Below are positions 51,061 through 63,740 of a DNA stretch of 64,000 bases, piece after piece. Within the stretch, counting starts at the first letter, position 1; each line of letters opens with the position of its first letter. The notes beneath the pieces are model-generated. The model saw nothing but the letters and a program-made list of their open reading frames with translations. It was not told the DNA's origin and searched no databases. A program made the position numbers and the translations under genes. Source of the stretch: Raillietiella orientalis (Eukaryota); NCBI GenBank assembly GCA_036172245.1, contig JAYWIR010000001.1, positions 11,904,001 to 11,968,000 of the forward strand, read 5' to 3'.

Positions 51061-52681
51061 TGCAGGTAACATACTGGAATGCGCTACTGCTCCACAAGGA
51101 GTCAAAGTGCTCCAGTCAAAGTGCAATTTTGGGATGCCGACTCGCATATGACAAAGCACTGGACCAAGCTAGTTTTGTGGTGTAGAAGTTTCTCTAGATT
51201 GTACTAGGCGTTTGTTTGAGAGTAATGGACCAGCTTGCGCATCATCTTTTGCTTCATGGCAACGTGGAATTCGAAGATTGCGTATTCGGGTGCGCCCTCC
51301 ATGCAGCATGCAGTACGTTGTCAGTGGGCTGGAGTTGGTTTGGAGATTGCGGAGAAGCACTTCGTTGATAACTGGTTGTTGCTGGAAGAGCAGTGTGCAT
51401 CAAGAGCAGCGATTAGGTGCTTCCCAAAGAGGAGGTGGACAACTCCGAATTTGAGATTGTGCTGTTAGCAGAATGAGCTTTCCATCTCTTTGTGACTGTG
51501 CACGCCATGCATGCTCTCACCATCCATTCCACTGTACTGTGAAGAGTGGTGCTAGCAAAGTGCAGCTGGCCATTTCGTCCCAAATGCTTCATGAGTCGGT
51601 GGACAATGTGCTGTCGACTCAAGTAGGCAGCAGACTGGCAACAAAGTGAACAATTTTCGCCATGTGCGCCAGCAACAGCAGTAGCCGGACTCCATTGTAT
51701 TCTGCAGATTGCACAAGCATCCATGGTTTCCGCTTTCTGGTTGACACTTTGATAGAAGAGCCAAGCATATCAGCAGAGGCTGAAGTGCTTCTTAGGTCTC
51801 TCTTGGTGAAAAAGATCTAGGCACCCTTTGTCCACTTTCCTGTATCCTCACCTGTATGACAGCAGCCTCCCATGCTGTGCAGAATGCTGGTGAGCCCTGC
51901 AGGACACAAAGCAACTGAAGTCTGCAGCAGTCACAGAAAATTGCAACTCTCCTTTTAATTTCCGCTGAGAAAGGAAGGGAGGACCGGAGACCATGGAGCT
52001 GGAGGAGCCGAAAAACCGCAAACAGGCTGCCATCTCCTGCTTTCAGCAGCATTCACATTTTGATACTGTCAATCTGCTGCTTTTGTGCCCACGGCGCAGA
52101 AGCGGCAGCAACGACAGGTCACGAAGGTGGATGAGAATCTGCCAAATTAGCGAGAGTCGGAATGGATATTCCTTTTGGATGAGGTGAGGAATCGTGCTTC
52201 TTGGTACGTGTCACGTGAACGATGAACGCCGATGAATTCATGAATGCTGCCACGTTGTGCACATTCGACATGCCGTTTGCAGCTCTGTACTTTGTGTTTC
52301 TTTGTGGGTTTTCTTGTAAGCGCACCACAGAAATGAGAAGCCACTTTGAGCTCATCCCTGTTTGGAAACTGCGATGCCTTGAGGTTGAGATCAATGAATC
52401 ACATGTATGGCATTGGTATCGGTTGGAACCTTGATGAAAGCATTAAGAGATTATCGGAAAAGTTCTTTCTGTGGAAATTTTGTTGTTTCATGGTTCTTTC
52501 AACGGGCAAGTTGGAAAGAAAGCGCGTTTCCGAGGCAACCGTTTACTTTCTGTCTTACTACTTTCGAGGTCTTCTGTGCTCACTCCTTGGATTTCTGTCC
52601 AGACTTTCACGGAGCGCTGAGTCTTCGTTTGAAAGAGTTCTGCGAATCGAAAGTTTCTGCATTCTTCCTCAACCTCTTGTG

Positions 52682-53140
52682 ATGTCTGTGGTTCGACCTG
52701 AAAATTTTCCACCTGTAGTGGAACCGGTTGACGAGGAGCAACGTGCGGCAGAACTATTTTTATGGAACCTACTGCAGCAAACCAACAATCTATACAATTC
52801 CACAATGATGACTCACAGGAATCACACCATCTTCAGTTCTCAGCAGTTTTGGGATTTCGTTAGTATGGGACTTTCTTCCGCTGACGTCGGAAGCATACCG
52901 GGAGTGACCAGGGCTAAGCGCTTTATGCTGTATTTTGGAAACTTGAAAAAAGTCGAAGATTTGATTGACAAATTCTGTGGCCTGGATTTCTCAGTAAGCA
53001 GATTCGTGACATGGTTCACTCAGTACACAGAAGACGAGAGCGACGAAAACCGAGAAAACGCTGCGGTGGTTGCAATGGCAGTGCTTTGTTGGATCATGCT
53101 GAGCATAGATGAAACTGAAGAGTATGAGAATGACTGGTAA
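52682..53140 (+). CDS. intronless orphan ORF (152 aa), probably part of a frameshifted longer mobile-element gene
   Basis: ATG-initiated with protein-like composition (MSVVRPENFPPVVEPVDEEQRAAELFLWNLL...VAMAVLCWIMLSIDETEEYENDW*). Another frame continues open past the stop. No family recognised. Confidence 0.35.
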   Translation: MSVVRPENFPPVVEPVDEEQRAAELFLWNLLQQTNNLYNSTMMTHRNHTIFSSQQFWDFVSMGLSSADVGSIPGVTRAKRFMLYFGNLKKVEDLIDKFCGLDFSVSRFVTWFTQYTEDESDENRENAAVVAMAVLCWIMLSIDETEEYENDW

Positions 53141-54929
53141 CCAAGCTCGAATGCCGTGGACCGGACAGAGAGATTGTTGTTGATTTCCTTAAACGTAGTT
53201 TCTCTATCTCTGAGATTTTTCTATCTGAGTGGATGCGGTCGCATGCCTCTCGGGTCCACTTGTCCTACTCATTCCAGTCATGGGGAGAGGAGGAGCAGGT
53301 AGCATGGTTTTTCACCATGCTACCTGCTCCCACGAATTTTCAGCAACGGACTGTGCTTGAAAACAAGGAGACGTCTGCAACACCGACTGCAGTGCAGTGC
53401 CTACGGCATCCCATCCTCCGTGGGATTCCGCAGTTACCCATTCCTGACTGTGAATAGGGATCGAATCGGCATGGAAGTGCCCTCGTGCTTGGACTGCGGT
53501 CCAACATCCAGTATATGTGCTTATTTTTCATGACCTTTGAGGATTTCGATCGGTATCGGGAGGGCATGGGTTGGAAGCAAAGGTCTTCAGCAGTTGTGCA
53601 GGAAAAAGCTGGACTTCGAGGAGTGCCTGATTTGGATTTGGGCCTGACCTTGTCTGTTCATAGGAAGGCGCCTCCACATGAAGGCGAAACGTCTTAAGCA
53701 TTCCGACCGGAGGGGGAACTCCAAAAGTGTGATTCCAATAAACGAACGCTTCTCGCCCTGAGTGGCTGCAGTCGCATGCCATACACGTCCACTTGGAGCC
53801 GCTCGCGGACAGAGGAGGAGGTACCATGATGGCACCGTTTCAGCCATGGAATGTGCTAAAACACAAGTAGACGGATGCAGCGAGGACTGCGGTGCCTACT
53901 GACGGCGTCGCTCCACGTGGTTAACTCTTCCCAAGTCGAAGTAGGAGAGAAGTGTTCGCGTGCTTGTTGCGACCAAGGTGAGCTGGCAACTTCGTCGACC
54001 TCCATTTCTCTTTCAACCTCCTCCTCTTTCTCTTACCTTCCGTTCAACATACCTGCTCAGCTCCTTCTGGTAGGAACCGATGGCCAAGCAACTGAAATCG
54101 AAAAGTGCGGCGCGACCTTCGAAGATTTTCTTCCTGCCCAAAGGTGCCTCCAGGGAAGCGAATCCCCAGGTGGTGTTCAGCATGCATCTCCATGCTTCTC
54201 TTCTCGTAATGACAATGAGGATTGGTCTTTGCGACGCCAAGAAATTCTTCGCGGCTGGTCGACCCAAGGTGAGGGATTCCACAACCCCTGCACGAGAAGT
54301 GCTGAAAAGTCTTCGACATACCTTTCCAATCTTCTGGAGAAATGCAGCAGTCCCACTCAGAGAGCTGTCCTCTCCTTCCGGGGTCAATGAAACCCTCAGG
54401 AAAGACGTGAGGCAAAAGATCTCGAATGCGCTAACTCTGAACGTGGAGAGAGCATGTTGTGCTGTTGTATCCCTGATTAATGATGGATGCTGACAGATGA
54501 ACCTACAAGCAACAAACACTCTCGTGCTGTCCTGCTATGAATGAAACAAGATTCCAGTCGTGGGGCCCCCTATTCTTGCGCGTGTATGGTCTCTGCTATC
54601 CGATGTTCCGGTTAAGCTGCGTTCGTAATCGAAGAGGTCGGTAGAGCTTTCCCAAAATCCTCATCTTGCTCACCAAAGGAATGTGCTGGAAGCCTGAGCT
54701 TTCGCACCGAAAACTCGACCTTTGTTTCCCAGCACATGCCACGTTTCCAGACCCATTACCTGAAAAGTAAGGTCGACACGAGCACCTGCTCTTTTCAGCC
54801 ATTGCAGAGAGCATCGCAATGCGTAGGAGGTCCGTAGTTCGGTCGAAGACTGCGCTTCCTTTTCTCTTCCTCCTCCCCTTTCCCTTCCCGACCTCCTCCT
54901 CCTTCGCTTCCCTTTCTCCTCCTCCTCCT

Positions 54930-57450
54930 GGCATCTTATTTGCGGCGCTCTTATAGCGCTCATCCATCCTGTGAACGCCTTTCCGTTCTTCATGCCTCTG
55001 ACTGCAGTGGAAGCAAAAGAAACGGTGCTCTTGTCGAAGCTTCCTCCTCCGGAACGCGAGCTCGCAGATGATGGAGGTTGAATTTCAACAGGGAAAAAAC
55101 TGCATTCTGGGCGTCGCTCACGAGTCAGACGGAATTTTCCGCAAGGACTTCGTTTGTTTTCGGAAATGCGGTAAGCCTGAAAAGCGGTGCACCTGGTGGC
55201 CACGAACTTCGCACGTCCGCTAAGAACGAAGACGGCGAGAGGGCTTTCTGTCCTGCTCCGAGTCCCTTGTCTCCGCACACGTGGAAGGCCGGCGGATGTA
55301 CTCCCACGCTTCCTCGACTCCGTCCTCCTGCAGGGAGTCAGAGCGGTTTGCCTAAACACCTGGAGCAGTGGCGCGAAGCAGAGACCCCGTGGCAATGCAG
55401 CGCGAAGCGCCCACGCGCGCGGCTTGGTGTCCTTGACGCAGCAGCTGCTCGTAGTGGTGACGACAGAGCGTGCTTTCGGTTCGAATGCGGAAGCTGATGG
55501 TCCAGCCTAGGGCTGCCGACGTGTGCCTTCTCAGAGCCACCACGTCCGGCGGGTTCATCAGCGGTGTTGGACTCCTCGCATCGACAAACCGTCTTTCTGC
55601 TCCGCAGGCAGCACACCGCCGCGCTGTTGCTGCCCCGCAGCATCTCGTGCAACCAGCGACTGCAGAACTGGACCTGTGCGGACCCTCCGTCGGAGACGCG
55701 CCATGTACACCCTGCGTCCTGCGTGGAAGACTATTCCTTGCGCTTCGTCTCCCGGATAACGACCCGATGGGCCGAAAGTGCGGCTCTGCGACCCCCGATG
55801 GACTCTTCCACTCGTCATCTCTCTCTGCCCCGCGCAAGGTGCCAGAGCAGTCCGTCGGGATGCGCCTCTGCGCGTGGATAATTCCTCGGCATGACACTCC
55901 GCGTAGCCAGCGGCTCAATTTGCGTAACTCTATTTACCACGGCGGCCACAAGGATCCTTGGACGGTTGCATGGAGCACCGCAAGTCCGGCTAAGACCGCC
56001 GCCATCGTTCCCCGTTCTTACTCCCGATTCTTCCCGCCGACAGGCTCGACAGGCAGACGAACTTCCTCGCGACCTCTGAGCTGTGAAGATTCTTTTCCCG
56101 ACCGATGAGCACGCCGTCCTACGAACCGCTACGAGGTCGTGTGCACATCATGGTTGGCGTCCACTTCCCCTTTTCCTCAGTCCGACTCGCAGCGGAGTGA
56201 ATTTATTTAAGGGTGATGCACACGACAAATACACACTGTCACTTTCGCGACAGTTGGGTCACTTGAGAGTCACAAAGGCCCGCGCGGGCAGGACACTACA
56301 CCGACCTAGACGCACACTTTGTCCTTAGACAGCGCAGGGGAGCCCAAGATGATACTCTCCCGCACGCGTGAGTGCTTGTCTCCTTTTTCAGGAGTGTCAT
56401 TGTAGGATGTGCCGGGCGTTGCACGCGTGTCCCATCGTCAGCTTCGTCCTCTTGATGAAGGTGTTCCTCAGGAAGAAGCGACGATCACCCGCAGGGTGGG
56501 GTTGTAGCGGAGCACACCGTCATCTCCCTCGAACGGTCCTCACCGCTGGGGGATTATCTCCCTGCGGAGGCGTGTTCCAGCTGCCTCCAGAAAGAACAGA
56601 TGGCGATCGGTCCTATTTTCCAAGGTGGAAGGTTTTACCTGCCGGAACAGGCCGCGGTGTGAAACATTTCGTGGTGGCCCCTCTCCTGCGTTCCCCCTGT
56701 TTTTTGTTTGCCCTCCAAACCAGAGGAGTAAGAAGAGGACGAAGGACCTCATGAGGATCGCCCTTTGGGGCAAAGGGAGCTCCCGAGTCCGCTTGAAGGA
56801 CTTGTGCACTTCGCGACTAGCCTCGGCCTCCTGACGCCGGAGCGGCTGGAGCTTCAGCTCCAGTTCAGGATTCCTGCCCTTGTGGCGAAGTTATGGAGCA
56901 CCACCTGATGCGTCCCTGCACGCCTCCCCGTTCAGCAAGCCACTGGCAACGCAGGACTCACGTCCACGCAGCCTCATCCACTGCGGACTGCACCTTTAGC
57001 AGGTGACCACGCTGGCGAGGATAAACACGGGATGGATCTCGTCCCATCCCGTGAACGGTAGTGCCTGGTTGCAGGAAATCGTTGGCACGTGGGCGAGGAC
57101 CCAGGGGCCAAGTGCGGAACAGGTGCGACGTTTCCTGTACGCGGTGACAACAACTGCACGCTCCGGGAGATCCTGGAAGATCCCGTGAAGAGTGCGTGGG
57201 CGGGCAGAACCTCCCTCGCCGCAGCGCTGCTCTCCCTGAGGGAACCCATGGGCATCAGCCTCACGACGAGATGGGAGGTTACCGTGGAAATCTGCGGAAG
57301 GAGAAAAGGACTGGGCAAGTGGACGACGGGCCAGCTCACCGACGTGGCGACCCCGAGTGCTCGACCTCGTGGACTTTTGCGCCCGGGCGTGCTACTGGGT
57401 ATTCCGGAGGAAGACCTGCAGTGGCCCGGTCAGTCGAGGCCACTTGTTCC
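54930..57450 (+). mobile_element. near-complete, heavily decayed Tx1/L1-type LINE (ORF1 RRM+CCHC, APE, RT, C-terminus)
   Basis: Ordered relics: IHPVNAFPFFMPLTAVE (RRM), CFRKCGKP..GHEL (knuckle), ADVCLLRAT..SGVGLL..LRGRLFL (APE), TRSGV and AQDDTL (RT motifs), KRTKDLMRIALWGKGSSRVRLKDL (post-RT). Segment 57040-57430 is homologous to 60640-61030. Confidence 0.6.
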
Positions 57451-57914
57451 TCCCTTGTCCTTCCCGCAAAACTTGCGCGCACCCTGTGGCGCTCTCCTTC
57501 GTGTGTACTAAAGACAGTCCTTCGACAATGTGACCACCCAAATGGCGGAAAACTCCAGTTCGCACACGAGGTCTGTCCGCGCAGGTCCAGGAACAAAGCG
57601 GAGGTGCCTCATGGGTTCTGGAGGACAAACATGCTCACGTGGTCCATGACGTTCGTACACTTAATCCGGCTCTCGTGTCCTCCTGCTGTCGAGATTTCTT
57701 CCGTCCGGCGCAGCAGCTGTCTGCTCTTCCAGTCCTGCTGTGAAAGCACTGGGATGAAGTGCGAAGGGTTCCTCAGGTGCACTCTTGGGCCGAAAGGAAA
57801 GTCGAGCTGATGGTGTGGTTCAGCGGCAGAAAAGAAGCAGATTCGAAAGCATCGCGTGTGGCTTCAAGAGATCCACAGCTGCATAGCTGGCGATCAAAAT
57901 CCCGAAAGACCTTA

Positions 57915-59005
57915 AGAATAAATACACGTGCTTATTATATACATCTTTGTATCGAAATTTATATACAGATCAACTCATTTCTAATCCTCATATTGTATTA
58001 TATGTAAATATGTATATTATAAATATCAGAAAAGATACATATATATGCGTTTCGTGTATACTGGTGTATGCATTAATACACAAATCCAGTTAATCCACAA
58101 ATCCATTTACTCACACAATTGATTCTATGTAAATAAAAATAAATTAAAGTTTATAAAAATAATTATACATGTTTATCATACACACTTATACACATAATAG
58201 ATGTATATGAAATGAATATATAAATTCTGAATCAGAAACATGCATATACATTTAGCGATCGATCAACATCCGGAAATAGAATTCGTCATTTCCTGAGGAG
58301 GTTTCGCTTATTGGGTGTTGGAAACGACAGGAAAACGAAATACGAAATTTCTGTTTTGTCCTTTTAATTTGCTTGTTTGTTTGTTCCTTCATTTTTTTCC
58401 AGTTTTTAAATTGCCATAATTATGTCTCATGTTTTAACAACCGATATTTATAAATTCATTAAGTTGATTTATAAATATGCATGAATGCACATAATAAGCA
58501 TTTATGTTTGTTAATAATCTTCACTGTGTATATTAATAATATACATTAATACGTATTCTCAATCATATCAATAAATATGTACGTGAAAATAGATTTCCAC
58601 ATTAGTCTATTAATCTATACATAAATATATGTGCCCGTGTACATAAACGGGGAGCACATACATATATTTTTTTTAACCTGAGAAAACATATTAGTATTTA
58701 TGCCAACTTATATATCAGTATGCATATTAATATACATAAAAAGATATGTAGTATTATAATCTATATAATACATAGATTTTTAATTTTAAAGAGTTTTATA
58801 ATCTTTCTAATATATACTTATCTAAATATCAATCTATATGCAAATATATGTAATCAGCATATACTCTTGCTAATGACTATTAATGAATACGAATGTCAAA
58901 ATAAATTTGGATTTCAATCTCTACATGAATACGTATATTAGTATACATAATGAGCTTTCTAATTCATGATAGTCTCTATATAAATTTATACACTGAAATA
59001 TATGT
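57915..59005. repeat. AT-rich low-complexity tract
   Basis: Abrupt switch to TA/AT-dominated sequence between two GC-rich blocks. Confidence 0.8.
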
Positions 59006-59469
59006 ACCTATTTTTACGATCTTACGTGATTGAAACGTTCGGGGTTTCGAACGAAGCCCCACCTTCGTGTCCTCTTCAGAAAGCAGCGCTCATTGCTAGC
59101 CGAAGAGCTGAGACATTCGACAGTGAGCGTGGGCTCCATCTCCGGATGCCTGGACTGCAGCCTCCCACGACGAGTGTTCGAGAGAACCGACGAGCATCGC
59201 AGAGCGAGGACCAAGAATTCCGGAGAAAGGGTTGCAGTGGCTGCACAAAAAATTCGAAGCCGCCTGCAAGAATCCCTGGTTCAGTGGTGGCAGGTCTTCT
59301 ACCGGAACGTAAGCAGCAAGAGCGCTCCTGAACTGAAGATGCGAAATCACTAGGGGGTCCTTCACCGAGCTCGCGAAGGTCGCAGGCAAACTAGCAGGGT
59401 GAACAGCAAGAACTCTCAAAATGGCACTTCCCGGCACGGAGGTGATCCTTAGACTCGAGTTAGAAAGCA

Positions 59470-59965
59470 AAAGAACGTTCACCACGGCAGCAGAGGGGAG
59501 GGGCCAAACAAAAAGAAAAAAAGCAACAAAAATGAAAATAAATACATAAATTTGGGGAGGGGGTGGGAAGGGGTCAACTCCTGCTGGGGACGGTCGTCTG
59601 CGTACTTTCGAGGATAACGGCAAACCCTTACAGCACACTGTCCTTCAGGCGGGACCATCTTGTTGCATTCTCACGGATCGAACGGCTAAGTGGATGTGGC
59701 ACCCCTGTCGCTGTGTCTTCCTCTTGCGTCACTCCAGGCAGCGAGGATCCCTCGTCGACAGCACAGGACTGCTAGCGAGGCTGTGAGTCGAAGGGCGTCG
59801 CGAACGAGGAGAGGTTTCGGAACGTCCCTGGAGTTGCCGTCGGGGGTTCCTGGGGTGGCGGCGAAGAGTTCCCACAGGGGCCGGAGGACAGCACAGTCCT
59901 GGGCTGGATGAGTGATTCGAACTCCCCGCACCTGGCACAGTTGGTTTATCACCCGGTCACTGCGG
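59470..59965 (-). mobile_element. Tx1/L1-like LINE 3' end, copy A
   Basis: NCARCGEFES / HPAQDCAVLRPLW...RDVPKPLLVRDAL (zf-RVT-like), followed by a T-rich 3' UTR with tgtttggcccctcccctctgctgccgtggtgaac. Homologous to copy B. Confidence 0.65.
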
Positions 59966-59969
59966 GACG

Positions 59970-61040
59970 TTTATTATAAAAAATAATAAACATACAGATG
60001 TAGGGCCATCAGCCCTACATTGTCAGAGCATGCTCGGAACCTGCCGCGTAACCGGCACGAAGGCCGGCGAGGTTCACCTCGGCGGCGGAGGGAGAGAGGC
60101 AAACAGAAGTGAGAATAAATAAAAGCAATAAAAAAAGATTCTGGGGTGCACGGGAAGAGATCGCTGTCCGCTGGAGGGCGTTCTCTGCATCCTTTCCAGG
60201 ATGCCGGCAAGTTCCTTCTGAGCATGTCCCAAGTGGAGTCATCTAGTTGTCATCCTCAGGAAATGCAGGGCGAAGCAGCTGGCGTCACCAGAGCGCCGTC
60301 CTCCTCTCGCATAGCTCCAGGTCACCACAATCCCTAGTAGGCAGCATAGGGATGCCGCAGGTGAAAGGGCATCGCGCACGAGGAGGCGCTTCAAGACGTC
60401 CCTGGGATTGTCTTTGATGCCCCAAGGGTCGTTGCGTTACGCAACGACAGGGGCCGGGGTGCACACAGTCTACAAGCAGGTGCGAGAGGAATTCCCGTTC
60501 CTCGCACCTGCAATAGTTGGGATACACAGCCGCCCGGGTCCACTGGGAGCAGCGGGCGTTGTCGGGGAGGTCCCAGTGCAACACCAGAAATGCCGACTGC
60601 TGCCACTTTAGGGGGAGGGTGTGCGTGTCCAGAAGCATTGGGGGCCACTGCGAGTCTTCCTCAGGAATACGCAGTAGCTCGTCACAGCTCAAAAGTCCTC
60701 GTGGGAGGGAAGCACTGGGGGTCGCAGCCTCCACGAGCTGGCCCGTCGTCCACTCACCCAGTCATTTCCTTCTGGCGGAGAATTCCACACTAACCTCCCA
60801 TCTCGCCTCAAGGCTGCTGCCCGTGTGTTCCCTGAGGAGAGCAGCGCTGTGGAGAGGGAGGTTCTTCCTGCCCATGCACTCTTCAATGGGTGTTCCAGGA
60901 TCTCCCGTAGCGAGCAGCTGTTGTAAAAGCAGTGCAGAGAGCGCTGTTCCTGTTCCGAGCGTGGCTCGTGCTGCGCCCAAGTGCGAACGGCTTCCTGCAA
61001 CCAGGTGCTACCGTTCGCGGGGGGCCCGCAATCGCTCGAG
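59970..61040 (-). mobile_element. Tx1/L1-like LINE 3' end, copy B
   Basis: LPLKWQQSAFLVLHWDLPDNARCSQW...PNYCRCEEREFLSHLLVDC matches the zf-RVT domain at the end of ORF2. It is followed by a 3' UTR, a stem-loop and ATAATAAA. Confidence 0.72.
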
Positions 61041-62369
61041 GCGATATCGACCACCCCGACGATCGCATTTCCTGCCGCGGCATCGGTCGCGCGAACGCTC
61101 GTTCAAGGTCACCGCCGCTAGGAAGCGACTTTCCGGTGTCTCCGCGGAGAGCGCTCTTCCTCTCTTGTTCCTTCCTTTCGTTCTTCCCCCTCCTCCCTCT
61201 CCCTTTGCCAGTCGGCGTACGAGGTTGACCCCAAGGGTTTCGCGGGCCGCCGCCGCGGTCATACTTTTGTTCGTCGGTCTTCTCAGGTTTTGTTTTTACC
61301 TTCTGGGGCGTTGGGTCTCCTCCCCGCTTTCTTGCTCGGCTGCACCGCTTCGGCAGGTCGTCTCCCCTCGCGACTGCGCGGAGACGCGCGGGGGCTTCCA
61401 AGGGGGGTCTGCCGGGCGCATCCGAAGCAGCGAGAAGCGCGCTTGCAGTTTCTTTCCGCTCAGCGGCAGACTCGAGGACTGGGACCACCCGGGGACGCTC
61501 TGGACCAGAGGGCCCCTCGCCCTGTTCCATCCCGGTCGCCGCTTCCTCTTGCGCTGTACTCAACGAGTTCTGCCACACCCCTTCTGGGCTTTCCCGAGGG
61601 TCGCCGCGTGTGCACGAGGTCGGGGGATCTGCCAGCCATGGGGCTGTGCTGCTTACCGCCCACCGGCGGCGGCGCCTGGGAGCCCCCAGAAGGGAGCGCT
61701 TCTCCGGGAGGGTCGCGCTCCCCTCTCCTCGCCGGAGCGCCCAGTAGGAGTACTAGCGAGCCTAACCTAAAGGAGGATCTTCGGCGGCAAGGACGAGGAG
61801 CCGCACGCCTTCTTCCCCCAGGAGGGCGACCCAAGCGGCTCCCTCCCTTTGCGCGCCATCGTCTCCGTGGGCACCCACCGCAGGCACCCCGACCACCACG
61901 CAACCACCCCCGAGTGTCGCAGCAACAGGACCCCCTCGGGCAACCCCTCCTCCTCCTCCGTCGTCGTTCCGGAGCGCCCAGGGGGGCCTCCCCTGGGCAG
62001 CTCTCAACCGCCAACGGACCTCCTGGTCCATGGCTTGAGCCTGAGGCAGGACGAGGATGGTCTCGGGGTCGTAAACGTCGTCCACGCGGACAGCCCGGGC
62101 GAACCCGCTCGGGGACGGCAGGCTGAGGGGTCGATGATGCAAGCGAACTACCAGGACATCAACCGGATGGGGGTGGAGAGCAGATCATCGATCTGCTGAG
62201 AAAGACCAGGGTCAGCACCAGAAGGCGCGCCCACTGCCGTGAGCCGGCCCGACCTCACTCCATCCCGGGAGGCTCCTCGCCCCTACCCTTCCCGCTCTTC
62301 CCGGAAGCGAGGACGGGATGCAAGATTAGCGGCTGTTTTCCCACGGACCGCAGCACCGAAGAGTTCCGA

Positions 62370-62610
62370 GCCGATTTCGCGGTTCTGCGGAGAAGTAGAG
62401 CCCTGGGGCTCCGGTCGCAGCTGCGAGCGCCGCCACCAGGGCGCACTCCCTCCACGACGCGCATGAGGCCGAGTTTGCCGGAAGTAGACGGATGACTTCC
62501 TCCTCCGCCTTCCTCACAGTGGTTTAGCTACGGACGCGGACCGCATCCGATTGGTCCGTTCTTGCGTGGAGCGGCGGCGCCCTGCCCTCGATCTGGTCCT
62601 TCAGAACCCG
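62370..62610 (+). mobile_element. retrotransposon gag-like (PNMA/Ty3-type capsid) relic
   Basis: PISRFCGEVEP...DDFLLRL...LATDADRIRLVRSCV..PALDLV resembles the gag capsid N-terminal pattern (F.G..P...W...E..R.V...G.AL.LV). Confidence 0.35.
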
Positions 62611-63024
62611 CCGAGGGGATCTCGCAGGTCAGCCCGCAGCATGGCCCCCTGCTCAGCGCAACCGTAGCCTCCACCTGGCTCTTCGCCATGTGCGTTTGCG
62701 CAGCTCTTCCTCAAAGGCGCAGGCGGGTGACCCTGACGAAGGGAGCTTACGCGGCTTGCATCATTTGTGTGCCTTGGAGACATGTGGACCCCCCTGGTTT
62801 CCGCTCCCCGCAGCTGAGGTATCCCAAACGGCCAGCTGCCTGGTTGATTCTGCACGCCGGTCGGCGCTCGTTCCTCCGCAACCATCGTTCGGAGGGAAGG
62901 GAAACTTTTCTGCAACTGCCCCAACTTGTCTGGCGGTGCTCTCCAGCATATGTGCAACACAAACACCCCCGGTGTGCTGACCGAAGCGACCTCATCCCGC
63001 TGACCAACAGGAAAAACACTCGTC

Positions 63025-63740
63025 TTCTTTTTGGTTCGCCAAGTTCTGAAGAACCGCTCGCCTCCTTGGGGGGGGGGCACTCACGACGCTCCTTGACCCC
63101 GTCCACGCCGCCCGAGGGCGCGTGCCACTCTTCCAGCTATGGGGAGGAAGAACCCCGGAGGGGCCTCATCCTGTGGATCCAGGTAAGGCTCGGAGTCCGT
63201 TCCTCTCGCGATTGGGAGGGGAACCATCGCCCTGGTTGTCTCTGAAGGGAACCTCGGTGAGAACCTCTTCCTTATTCTCATCAGAGGGATCCCCCGGAAG
63301 GGATCCGCTCCTGAATTTCTTTCTCGGAGGACACCTGCAAGGGTGCCTCTCCCTGTTTCCTCCTCTACAGAGAACCCCGAAGGGACTCTTTCCAATTTTC
63401 TCTGGAGGGCTCTCCCGGAAGGGAGCAGCGCGCTTACGCTCTGGGAAGGCGACTCCCAAGTGGGGTATCAACCAGCCCCATGGGGTACGGCTCCATCTTC
63501 ACCACTGGAGGGATAACCCCGGCACTCCTTGGTTTCTGGAAGCACCTCGGAGGGTCCACTTCCAATCCTGGACACTCATCGGGGGCACCCGGTCTCCTGC
63601 TTGCTCCAGAGTTGCATCCAAATAGACCTTCCAGCGTCATCATGCGGGGAGCACTGGAAATCCACGACGCACCCCCATTTCTCGGCGTCGATCCTCCACG
63701 TGGGGGTTCGAATCCGCAACGCTTGGTGCCACATACGCCA
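63025..63740 (+). repeat. unclassified dispersed repeat, copy 4
   Basis: Homologous to 17220-17815 (-), 37300-38100 (-) and 46150-46650 (+). One frame reads EEPRRG...REPRRDS-type Arg/Glu/Pro repeats. Confidence 0.75.

Noticed and set aside
60517..61770. 417-aa plus-strand ORF
   Set aside because: Antisense to the LINE ORF2 relic; low-complexity composition.
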